DNA from: Mobula birostris
Taxonomy: Eukaryota
Assembly (NCBI RefSeq): GCF_030028105.1
Contig: NC_092389.1
Location: 17,843,180-17,907,179, forward strand
Length of the DNA: 64,000 nt
Reading direction: 5' to 3'
Shown here: positions 26,546-37,678 of the stretch, piece after piece
How positions within the stretch are numbered: position 1 is the stretch's first letter
How the letters are laid out: the number at the start of each line of letters is the position of its first letter
The notes under the pieces: generated by a model
The model's database searches: none
What the model saw: the letters and a program-made list of their open reading frames with translations, nothing else
Told to the model about the DNA's origin: nothing
Position numbers and translations under genes: made by a program

Positions 26546-26929
26546 AGGGGAATTGGACAGATATTGTATATTCGGGATTAAAATTTACAAAAAAAGGTGG
26601 GTGGAACCAGAGAGTTGCTCTGGTAGAGAGCTAGTGCAGGCACAATGGGCTGAATGGCTTCCGTCTGAGCTATCGCCATTCCACGCTTCTATGAACTACC
26701 AAGATTCTAAATATGAACCCAGCAGGCTTCTATGATATGTGATAGAAATTATCCACAGAACATTGAGCAGATTTGTTTTTGGATGTAATAATCAAAGAGT
26801 GGCTGTAGGTGTTTAAGAAAATGTATAATTAATTTTATTTGTAAAGTGCAAAAGCTCTTCTCGTTAAAAAAAAAAGGGCCACAATGCCAGAAGAAATCAG
26901 AGTAAATTTTAAATTAAAAGAAAGAAAAT

Positions 26930-27830
26930 GAAGCAAGAAAAAAACATTGTTGGACTTGGGAGAGATAAAACAATAACAAACAATGACCAATAAACAGTAG
27001 GAGCGATGAAGAAAAAGTATTAGTTTGTTAATAATAACAAAGCCAACTTAGAAATATGTTACAATTATCTCAGGGAAAGAGTTATTAAGAGCAATGTATA
27101 ATTCGTAAAAAACTGAAAAGCAGTGATTTTGTAAATAAATTAAGAAATCACAGATGTGTCAAATGATTATTTTGCATACTTAAAAACTGATATGAGGATA
27201 ACAAGCATCCTAGGAAAACCAATATTGAATAAGTAGCAGGGTACGCTAAAATTAATGAGAGCAAAATAACATCAACTAGAAAATAATGGAAAGAGTGACA
27301 AGTCCACATGACCAGAAGATTATATTATGCAAGTTTCATCAAAACTAGTTGAGCATATTGCAAATGCCTGAGATGCAATCTGCTGAAGTTCTCTTAATTC
27401 ACAGATCATACTTTAAGATTGGAAAATTACTTTTCATATCGCTAATTTAAAGTAAAAGTGACTTGAATATGAGGTGATTTGAATACTGAGTTAGCCAAAC
27501 ATCTGTTACTGGAGTCTAAATTTCAGGATGGAATGTGTGAATATCTTGAAAATGTTCAATTGAACAGACAAAACTGTATGCTTTACAAATAGATACATGT
27601 TTTGAGAAGGTGATTACGGTAGCAGTCATGGTAATGTCTACAAATATTACTTGCATGGGCTTCCAGGAGTTGTGCAATAATGTTCGCTCTGAGCAGAAGT
27701 TGAAGCTCATGGAATTGAAGATAAACTGGTTGATTGACTATGCATCAAAAAGTAAATAAATATAACGCCAGGTAAACTAAAAAATTGGCAAGATGTGACT
27801 ACTGTATCCTTTTGGGAGATATGTAGTGCT
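26930..27830 (+). mobile_element. Very old CR1-like remnant
   Basis: Faint RT-like motifs in AT-drifted sequence (gacaagtccacatgaccagaag, gattggaaaatt, atgggcttccagg). Confidence 0.4.
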
Positions 27831-27886
27831 CTATATCATACAATGTATTTGAGAAAGGATCTAGTGTTTTCCAGTCGTATATGACA

Positions 27887-28014
27887 AATAAACTCTTCTC
27901 GGGTTTCCAGCTGGGTACAGGTATCGATTATAACTGAAGATGGCAGAGTTTGTCATCAAAATATCGGTTAAAATTGATTCCTGTACCCGGCTGGAAGCCC
28001 AAGAAGAGTTTATT
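27887..28014. mobile_element. Second Penelope-type foldback MITE with a decayed hammerhead core in the loop
   Basis: Arms aataaactcttc..tccagc.gggtacagg / cctgtaccc.gctgga..gaagagtttatt; loop CTGAAGA-TGGCA(GAGTT)TGTCA-TC-AAAA-TA-TC. Confidence 0.6.
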
Positions 28015-28129
28015 CGTTTGTTAATGTGTTTGTTAATAAAAATCAAAAGAACATCAGACATTGGAATCCTGAAAAAAGAAAACAGAATTTGCTGAAAAAC
28101 CGTAGCAGGTCATTTAAAAAAGAATATTT

Positions 28130-28790
28130 TAGTTAGAGATACAGCACGGTAACAAGCCCTTTGTCCCAGCAAACCCAGTAACTAATTTACCTAATATCCT
28201 GAACTCAGACATCCCACCCTGCAAAAACTTATTTCAGGGAGGTAGCACTGTCAATTTGCGGGAGACTCCCGGAACTTCTGGGAGAGGTGGGATGTCTGCA
28301 ATAGAGTAGCTCCTTAGCAGCTAGCCAGCTAGTTTAAATAACGTTAGCTATGCTAATGAACGAATGACACCTGTTAAACTCACCTCAACATGTCTTTTAC
28401 AGTCTTAACCCACCATGGGCAGTAGAAAAGTCACTGTTGCAAACAGTGCAGCAAGCAACACTGTCATTATTTTTGACCCCTATTAGGCAGGAGTACACTT
28501 TATTGTAGACTGGTGTGATATACGTTTTATATTTTCTTTTTTTGGAACACTCTCCCATGGCGCTCTCTCTCTCTCTCTCTCGCTCTCTCGCAATCTCTCT
28601 CGCTCTCAAAAAATTGATTTCTGAGATATTGTATATAATTTGCGGGCATCAGGGAGCCACTATCAATATGCGGGAGACTCCTGGAACTTCCAGGAGAGGT
28701 GGGATGTCTGTGAACTTCTTTGGAATGTGGGAAGAAATCGGAGCACTCGGAGAAACCCATGCGGTCACAGGGAAGATGTACAAACAGGTA
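28130..28790 (-). mobile_element. V-SINE interrupted by the hAT element 28206-28710
   Basis: SINE tail gatacagcacggtaacaagccc on the left; V-domain tctttggaatgtggga...acccatgcggtcacaggg on the right. Confidence 0.7.
28206..28710 (-). mobile_element. Non-autonomous hAT-like DNA transposon retaining the N-terminal Zn-finger exon
   Basis: TIR CAGACATCCCACC / GGTGGGATGTCTG, flanks TGAACT/TGAACT; reading MGECSKKRKYK...CTVCNSDFSTAHGG, frameshifted into DCKRHVE|gtgagt. Confidence 0.8.
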
Positions 28791-28897
28791 TTTGTCTGAA
28801 AGGGTTAGTTGTTGCAGCTTAATGGGAATTATTCAGGAAAATGGGACTTAACCTATGATTTAAAATTGGAACAGGAAACAAATGTGGTATGCAAATC

Positions 28898-29035
28898 ACA
28901 AACAGGAGAAAATCTGCAGATGCTGGAAATCGAAACAACACACACAAAATGCTGGAGGAACTCAGCAGGCCAGGTAGCATCTATGGAAAAAAAGTACAGT
29001 CAATGTTTCGGGCCAAGACCCTTTGGCAGGACAAA
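28898..29035 (-). mobile_element. Penelope terminal fragment
   Basis: aaatctgcagatgctggaaat...ctcagcaggccaggtagcatct with a decayed hammerhead core. Confidence 0.7.
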
Positions 29036-31089
29036 TGCAATATGACTGGGGTGCATTCTGGGATCTTTACTGAGGATTGAAATGTATAATATAATAAGGG
29101 CTGGATAGAGGAGTGCACATTTCTTAAAAGACACATTTGAAACTTTAAGGCAGGAACACAACAGATGAATATAATGTATGTGGAATTTACCAGATGGACA
29201 ACCAGATATGAATCAGTGGGGACACTGTTTGTAGGATGAAATAATCTGAATTTAGGGAACTAACACTAGAACCTTTGTGTCTCAAAATTATGCATGTAAC
29301 AACGGGCTTTCCAGTAAATGCCTGCAAATTAGGCTTATCCAAATATGGACAAGTGCCCATTAGCTGAGTTGTCCCTCATTAACACTGTATCAAAGTAATC
29401 ATACAGGTATTGTATTTTGATTCTCTGTGACAGTCTCTTCAGATTTTTCTTGCAATTGCTAAAATTGATAGTATTGGTATTAAATAAAGATGCATTAGGC
29501 TACAACCATAATGTGATTTCATCCACAGCAGATTTCACAAGAAAATAATTCAGAGATTACATTCCAAAAGGAGAAAATAAAGATGGCCTACCATGAGTCT
29601 CCAAACCTTGCATCAGACAAAGACATAATTGTTACTGAAGCAATAATTAGTCAAACTACTCATTTTCTCTTTGATCTGAATATGGAAGTGACATAGTAGT
29701 ATCCCAAAAGTAAATATTACTGTTGGAATAAATGTGCAATCAGATGTATCAACAACGTTAGGCATGTTCTATGTACAGGCACAACTGGTGCACTTGATAA
29801 ACAAAGGGAATTCCAACACAAAAACAGGTGAGAGGTGTACTGCTGCTGTTGTGATTACAAACTATTGTGCATTGCAAATAATCCCACCTCTAAGGAGGAC
29901 CATTTTGCAGTATTGTTAATGTTTTCTATACAATATCTTATAAAAAGAACAACTGGTTGGTGGACTATGCATGGACTTAATCTTTTATAATGCTATTACT
30001 CCCTTGTTTTTCTGAAAATGTTAAAGGCAGTTGTTCGCGAAACATTTTTATTTGAACCTTGCATCTGTGCCAGACTGAAAATATGGCACAGTCACACATC
30101 ATTCACAGTAAGATTTGGAAACTTGCAATAAGGTGTTTGTGTTTCCATGTCGTTAATACTAGCCTGATGTTAAATCAGGTAACTTTTATAATATAAAGAT
30201 CAAAGTATAAACATTTGATTGATTAATGAATATTTTTTCATGTGAAAATCATGCATAATAGTGACTTAATAATTTTCTATGTTTCTATGTTTAACCTGGG
30301 GCAGATCATTCACATGTTCATTTTTGAGTTAAAAAAAAGTTGCCCCTTGATTTGGTAGGGTAGGTATTTTATCCGTTGCTTACATGGGAATATAACTTAA
30401 CAATTCTTCTGCTGTAGAACTCCTTTGAGTAAAACACCAGTGGGGTAGGTACGCTAAAAGGAGAGTCCTTTGTTCTGACAGACTACTGCTCACATGGTGG
30501 GGACAAAATTCATTCTATCATGCACATTGTTGTGTGGCACCTGACAGGCAACAATCATTGAATGTACAGCGACTTTATCAGCATCATACACAATGCCAAG
30601 GCAAGTTTGTCACATAAATTTTGTGTTGGAGAATTGATAGCACATATCAATTCCAAGACCTTTACTTCATGGCAATAACCACAATATGCAACACCACACA
30701 ATGTCTACTCCCTGAGCCTTTCAAGTACAGTATATCCAAGATGATTGCCTCAAACTGCTATTTAATTCTGAATGACAATCAATGAAATGTTTACTGAAAA
30801 TTTCTGCATTAATACAAAGTGATTGGTGTTGGCATTAGCACCATGCATTTTGTAATTATCTACCAACATATGGAGGCCTCAAGGACTGGTTAACATGAAA
30901 CAACATGGAGGTTTATTAAACATGATCTCACTCTTTTGGGCTGAGTGAAAGACAGCAGGAGTGACAAAGCCGAAATAAAGAGCAGGATGAGGATATGTTT
31001 TAGAATATTCTGTGCATTATCTATCCAGTAATAAATGAATTCACACCGTGACTTGTCCAACTAATAGACATGGTGTGACTCTTCCACTT

Positions 31090-31390
31090 TGTGTGGGGCT
31101 ATATGCTAATTTACAGAAATCAAAGTTGATGGTGTGCAGCAGGCCTGAGTTTATATCTCTAATCGTGGTTGACACAGAGCTTGTAGGAATGGTGGAAGTG
31201 TTAAATTACCTTGGCATAGCTGTCACCATGAAGAACAGAATGTACACAGGAAACCTGAGAAGGGCTGACAGAGCCGCAAAATCTTTATTGAACCATTTGG
31301 AACAAAGTATCTTGGAGAAAGCCAAGCGACAGCTTTATAATGATATGGTGATAGTATGTCTACGATATGGCTGAAGACAAGCTTGGGTGA
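31090..31390 (+). mobile_element. Decayed RTE-like LINE RT C-terminal fragment
   Basis: KSKLMV...VEVLNYLG...KRQLYN.MV..CLRYG in ORF 31048-31374. Confidence 0.5.
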
Positions 31391-32059
31391 TTTTTGAAGG
31401 GATTATGGCACCACAAAGGCATTTGTCACTTATAATTCTTCTAATCTTCCTGTGAATGATGTGTGACTGTGCCATATTTTCAGTCTGGCGCAGATGCGAG
31501 GTTCCACTGCAGCTTGTGAGGCTAAAAGAGAAGACAATTTGTAAACAAGTCTTGCTTCCAAATGTGCTGGCTTCAGTTTCCCCTGCGTAAATCTGTCTGA
31601 TGCATTCCAGCAGATGGACACAAAGCTCACAATTGAAATCCGTAATAACATGCAAAGCAACTCCACAATTGCTAAACATTACATCGAAAATAGCAGTATA
31701 ATAACAGCCCATCTTTCAACTTCCTACTGGTTAAGAAAGGCTCATCATTCTCTCAGCACTTCTTAATCTGTGGAGCTAGTCAAGCAAATAAAACATGCAA
31801 AACACTTACAATATTGGAAATTTGGAACAAAAATAGAAAATGTTGGAAGTACTTAGCAGGTTGAGCTACATCTGTGGAGGGAAGAATTGAGTTAATATTC
31901 CATCAGAAAGCATGTATTTGAATATAAATTCTGAAGTTTTGTTGTTGCCACGGTATCAAATTGCAGATATTGATTATCTCTACATCACTATGTGAGCATT
32001 CCTGATTAAAGGTGCCACCACTGTTTCTGTCAAAGAAGTGAAGAAAGAACATCATGGAC

Positions 32060-33700
32060 ATGTTTCTCTCTCCTAGTCCTGATCACCTCATTTTCACCAT
32101 GGATGTACAGTCCCTATGCATTTATATCCCTTGTCTAAAAAGCCTTAAAGCTCTCTACTTCTTTCTTGACAACAGACTCGACCAGTTTCCCTCCACCTGG
32201 TCAAACTGGTCCTCACCCTTAATAATTTTTCTTTTGGCTCCTCCCCACTTTCTGTGAACTCACGATGACGCCATGAACATCTGCATGGGTTGCAGCTCTA
32301 CCTGCCTTTCCACTGCTGTGTGGAACAGTCCATGTTCCAAGCCTTTCCTGGTAACGTTCTGCAACTCTTTCTGTGCTACATTGATGATCGCATTGGTACT
32401 GTTTCATGCATCCATGCTGAACTCATCAATTTCATGAACCCTAACCTTAAATTTACTTAGTCCAATTCTGACACCTCTCTCGCCTTTCTTGATCTGTCTC
32501 CATCTCTGGAAGCAAAATGTCTACTGATATCTTTTATAAACCCATCAATTCCCACAACTGTCTTGGGAGGGAACATCCCCGCTATCTTGACTATATCTTT
32601 TCCCATCCTATCTCCTGTAGAAATACCTCTCCTCATCTTGTCTCCTGTAAAGATGTCCTCCTTCAAAGAACAGCGTTTCCCTTCCTCCACCATTGATACT
32701 GCCCTCACCCGCATCTACATTTCCCAGACATTGGCGCTCACCCAATCTTCCCACTGCCTTAACAGGGATAGTGTTCCTCTTGTCTTCTCCTACCACCCCA
32801 TGAGCCTCCACATCCAACACCTCATTCTCCACAACCATCGCCATTTTCAATGGGATCCTGACACCAAAAACATCTTTACCTCACCCACCCCCACTCTCCA
32901 CTTTCCACAGCGATTGCTCCCTCCGTAATTTACTTGTCTATTCATCTCTCCCCACTAATCTCCCCCGGCGCTTAACTCTGCAAGTGGCAGAAGTGCTATA
33001 CCTGCCCATTTACCTCCTCCCTCACCTCCAAATAATAATCCTTCCATGTGAGGCAATACTTCACCTGCATATCTGTTGGGGTCATCTACCGTATCCGTTC
33101 CTCCTGATGTGAACTGTTCCTACATTGGTGAGACCCGACTGGGGGACTGCTTTGTCGAGCACCTCCACTCCAACTGCCAAAAGTGGAACTTCCTGGTGGC
33201 CAACCATTTTAATTCCTATTACCATTCCTGTTTCAACATGTCGGTCCCTGGCTTCCCCTTCTGCCATAATAAGGCCGCTCATGGGTTGGAGGAGCAATGC
33301 CTCATATTCCATCTAGGTAGCCTCCAACTTTCAGTAATTTTTCCCCCTCCCACTTCCCTCTTCTTCTATTCCCCACTCTGGCCTCTTACCTCTTCTCCAC
33401 GCCTCCCCGGTGGCCCTCCTCCTTCCCTTTCTCCCATGGTTCACTCTCCTCTCCTATCAGATTCCTTCATCTCCAGCCCTTTGTTTTTTCCTACCTATCA
33501 CCTTCCAGCTTCTTACCTCAACTCACTTGGCTTCACCTAGCTTGAACTCATTCCCCTCCCCCACTTTCTTATTCTGGCATCTTCCCCGTTCCTTTCCAGT
33601 CCCGATGAAGGGTCTTGGCTCAAAATGTCAACTATTTATTCCTCTCCATAGATGCTGCCTGATCTGCTGAGTACATTCAGCATTTTGTGTGTGTTGCTCA
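32060..33700 (+). mobile_element. Penelope-like element: RT and GIY-YIG endonuclease remnants plus terminal repeat
   Basis: LIFTMDVQSL, YIGET..LGDCFVEHL and VANHFNS..H; 3' end cagcattttgtgtgtgttgct with a decayed hammerhead at about 33596-33635. Confidence 0.9.
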
Positions 33701-34651
33701 TATTTTCTTCAGGCCAGTTAATTCCTTCCAGAATTCACACCTAAAAGATCCTTAAGAAAAATATTCCAAACATCTATTAAGGAATAAAATTCACTTCAGG
33801 TCTAATTTAATTTGTCCTCCAAACAAGCACAAGATTATGACCCTGGCACCCCAGGACTCACATACCAACAAACTCCATCAGTCAGGAGTCGTAGTGTTGG
33901 GCTTACACATGTTTCATACTATACATCCACATCCTAAAGTTAGCTGTTCTACTGTGACAATAATAACCTTCAGATAAATTGCAGAGCTGACAAGCAAGAG
34001 GAACAAGCACAGGTCCAAGTCATAGCTTTGTAGATGGCAGGTGAGGATCTTGGCATCTCCCCAGTAATTGCAGAAGTCAATTACAAGGCAACAGTTAGCA
34101 GAGGGGCTGAAACACTGGCACACGACAACATCTTCATTTTCCCTTTTCAGATTCAATTTGCTCCATATCAACTCTTGGGATGCAGTTGCCAAGAACACCA
34201 GGGCTTCTCCGATACAAGATGCTTTTTGGAATGCCAGCAGACCATCGCTCTTACTACAGCAGCAGGTATTTCATGCAGCTACTGAAATCGTGTGGGTGGG
34301 TTGCACAGAAGCCTTGTGATCCAGATGATCATCAGGTGTTCCTTGCTGCCCACTTGCTTTAGGTTGCTGATGATGGTCAAACATTGGTGGCATAGCGGAC
34401 TACCAGAGAATGAAGACTTCTTATCTACTGTCAGAGCATATTGCCCATGGCTGCACAACAGCCTGACATTGAAGTGATGGAGGTCTTTAGTTGTGATGTA
34501 GCTCCTAATTATCCTGTGATTTTTCAAAGCAGTCAGTAACACCCTACAGCAAGGTAATTTCTCCCACAGCACATGCTCACTTTGTCTGTCACCTTTTGTC
34601 AAAGGAGAATGAGATGAAATGTAGATGCTGGAAATTCAGAGAAACACGTAC

Positions 34652-35495
34652 AAAATGGTTCAAATGGTTCCCTTTAAATATATCACAGAATGTATACAGT
34701 ATACACCCTGAAATTTTTACTTTTTACAGACATCCACAAAGACAGAAAACCCCAAAGAATGAACAACAGTAAATGTTAGGACCCCAAAGCCCCATCTTTC
34801 CTCCCCATGCACAAGCAGCAGCAAAGCATCAACCTCCCCCCTTCACTCATTCAACGGAAAGCATAAGCGACCACCACCCTCCAAGCAATAGCAAAGCCCC
34901 CAAAGAGAGACCATGATCTGCAGTACAACCAAAACTATTGTTCACCTGTCAGTTCGACATGCCAGAGGCTCTCCCTGACTAACAACGGACAGAGAGATGT
35001 GACCCATTTCACCACAAAAAGGGAGACTAACAAACAGTTGCTGTTACAGTGTTACAATCTGCTGCATCGCTTTTTATTCTGAGATGCTCTGACTCAAGAA
35101 TTGGCAGCCAACTCTCCCCACTGTTGAGAGGGAGTGATCACCTCGAGTACAGACACCTCCGTCAGCTGCATCTGCTGCCGTGAAATTCCAATGTTCCTTC
35201 TCCCAGGACGCCTCAGTCAGTAACACCAGCATGGAATCGGTCATCCACAGGGCTGCATCTTGGAGGTATGCATTCTTCCAGGCCGTTTCTGGTTATGTCG
35301 TAAAATGGATGATCGGTGAGCTCCGAGAGTAGGAACTCATCCGCTGTGAAAAATCACGCTTTGATTGTAGCTGCAAATCACGGACTTCGACAGAATCCCA
35401 GCCACCTGGAAAAGGAAAAAAAGAGATTAAAAAGAGGAATTTAAGCTGTTTCCACAGAAGAGCTCAAAGAAGCAGCCATTTGGCACCATCTTAAG
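34652..35495 (-). mobile_element. Non-autonomous retroposon inserted in a Penelope end
   Basis: 5' AAGATGGTGCC start on the minus strand and a short tandem tail (aaatggttc)2; flanks join into a Penelope terminus. Confidence 0.55.
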
Positions 35496-35499
35496 TCCT

Positions 35500-35925
35500 C
35501 ACTGGAGGAATTCAGCACATCAGGCAGCATCTATGGAAAGGAATAAATAGCTGATGTTTCGGGCTGAGACACTGCATCAGGATTAGAAAGAATAGGGAAA
35601 GAAGCTAGAATAAGAAGCTGGCGGGGGCAGTGGATGGAAGGAGTAGAAGCTTGTAGGTGATAGGTGAAGCCAATGGGTGAGGATGAAGTGAAACGCTGGG
35701 AAGTGATAGATGGAAAAGGTGAAGAGCTGAAGAAGAAGGATTCTGATAGGAGAGGAGCGGACCATGGGAGAAAGCATAGGAGGAGGGACACCAGGGGGAG
35801 GTGATTGGCAGGGAAGGAGAAGAGAAGAGGTAAGAGAGTAGCCAGTCTGGAGAATGGAAGGAGAGTGAAGGGGGAGGAGGAAAATTACTGGAAGTTAGAG
35901 CAATCAAGGTTTATGTCATTAGGCA
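35500..35925 (-). mobile_element. Penelope 3' region and terminal repeat
   Basis: Reverse complement aligns by eye with 33330-33690. Confidence 0.75.
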
Positions 35926-36059
35926 GAAGAAGAAGGAATTTGAAATGCAGCCAGTTTTTACACAAAGAGCATCAATGGTTTCTGCTGTAGTAAATGGTAA
36001 CACAAATTAATCAAATAACTTTGGCTCTGGACTGTAAAAAATTTTATAAATATTTCACA

Positions 36060-36520
36060 AAATGGTTACATTGTCACTGTGATCCTTGCACTGTTCTGAT
36101 TGGAGCTGTAGCAGGTCCGAGATAGCGAAGGTCCCTAATGATGGATGCTGCCTTCTAGAAGCAGCACCTTTTAAAGATTTCCTTAGTGGTCGGGAGACAT
36201 GCTCGTGATGGTGCTTGCTGAGTCTACAACTTCCTGCAGCCTCTTTCGACCCTGTCCTTTTGGCACCTGCATACCAGAAGGTGATGCTCTTCATGGTAAT
36301 CTATAGAAATTTGCTAGAGTCTTTGATGACATACTAAATCTTGTCAAAGTCCTAATGAAGTATAGTGGCTGGCGTGTCTTTGTTGTGATTGCATTAATTT
36401 GTTGGGCCCAGAATAGATTGTCTGAGATGCTGATGCCCAGAAAATTGAAGCTGATCACCCTTTTGACTGCTGACCCCTCAATGAGGGTTGGCATGTGTTC
36501 TCCGACTTCTCTTTCCTGAA
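36060..36520 (-). mobile_element. Rex1/Babar 3' fragment
   Basis: IEGSAVKRVISFNFLGISISDNLFW...LYFIRTL...KTLANFYR. Confidence 0.8.
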
Positions 36521-37678
36521 GTCAGCAGGAAGTGCAGTACCAATGTTCTGCATTTCACAGATCATGGATTTGCAGTTCACAACCAGAACTTGAAACGTCT
36601 CTTAAAATGGCACCAAGGAATTCCAACATATTATAGAGTCAGATGGACCCTTAACACACATTTTGTACCCCTCAGGCTTAACAACTCTGAAAAAGCTCTA
36701 CACTAATATTAAGTTTGTGCTCTGATGCATCCTATGAACAATGAGAGAGACTCTCCTGAAGGATATGTTTCTACTATAATGCTCTTTAATTTAGAGGTAT
36801 TCTTATTGGTATCAAGCATCCTTTTTCTATGTATCATCCTAGATTTCTTGATGTGTTTTCGGGGAATGAATGAATGCAAATGTATTACATTGTAAAGATA
36901 AACATATTTTAAGTGTGCATAGTTCTCACTGTCTTACACTGACAACCCATTTTATTTTATGATGGTACAGTATATTTTTGCTAAAAGCAAATATAAATTT
37001 TGAAGTCCTGTGATGAATATATATAAACAGATATTAATGACAACTTAATGGTTGGTTGAAGATAATATGATTTTTAATTCATTCAGTATCAGTCGCCGGA
37101 AGATTACTTGCAATCACTTTGTGATCCTGCTCACTATCACTATATTATGTCTTCAGGAAAGCTACCTGTCAATCAGAGAGTTTTTTATTGTACCCTGTGA
37201 AAAACATAGGCAAACCTGGGTAATATTTCAAAGGAATTACAACAGCTATATGTTTCCATTGCGGAATGTATGCAATCAGTTGTTTTTTTCACTCGTTGCT
37301 ATATTGTCAAAATTCTGAAACTGAAAGCCAGTTGCTGCCAATTTAATGATACAGCAGCCAGTTATCTGCTGAAAGATGTCAAAATGAGTTTCTGATTATC
37401 GGTATCATTTTGTGATGTGCAACCTAAGTGCCACGCTGCATTCATTTGGAGACCAAATTGAAATGTTGTCACTTACGTTTCATTTGTAGCTCCCCCAACA
37501 AGTCACATTGCAATGTGTTGTTGCGGGATTGTTTTCCTTACAGGGAGTTTTAATTTTCCAGTCTAGTGAAATCAATTCTAAAAAGTAATAGAAAACTCAG
37601 ACCAAGACTGTGGTTTAGTTGTAAAGCAAGTTATATTTGATTGTACTGCTTTTTGTTATCTAATTTTGACTATATTTG

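Noticed and set aside
37158-37220. Possible 63-bp phase-0 exon ESYLSIREFFIVPCEKHRQTW
   Set aside because: Weak splice sites and no recognisable homology.
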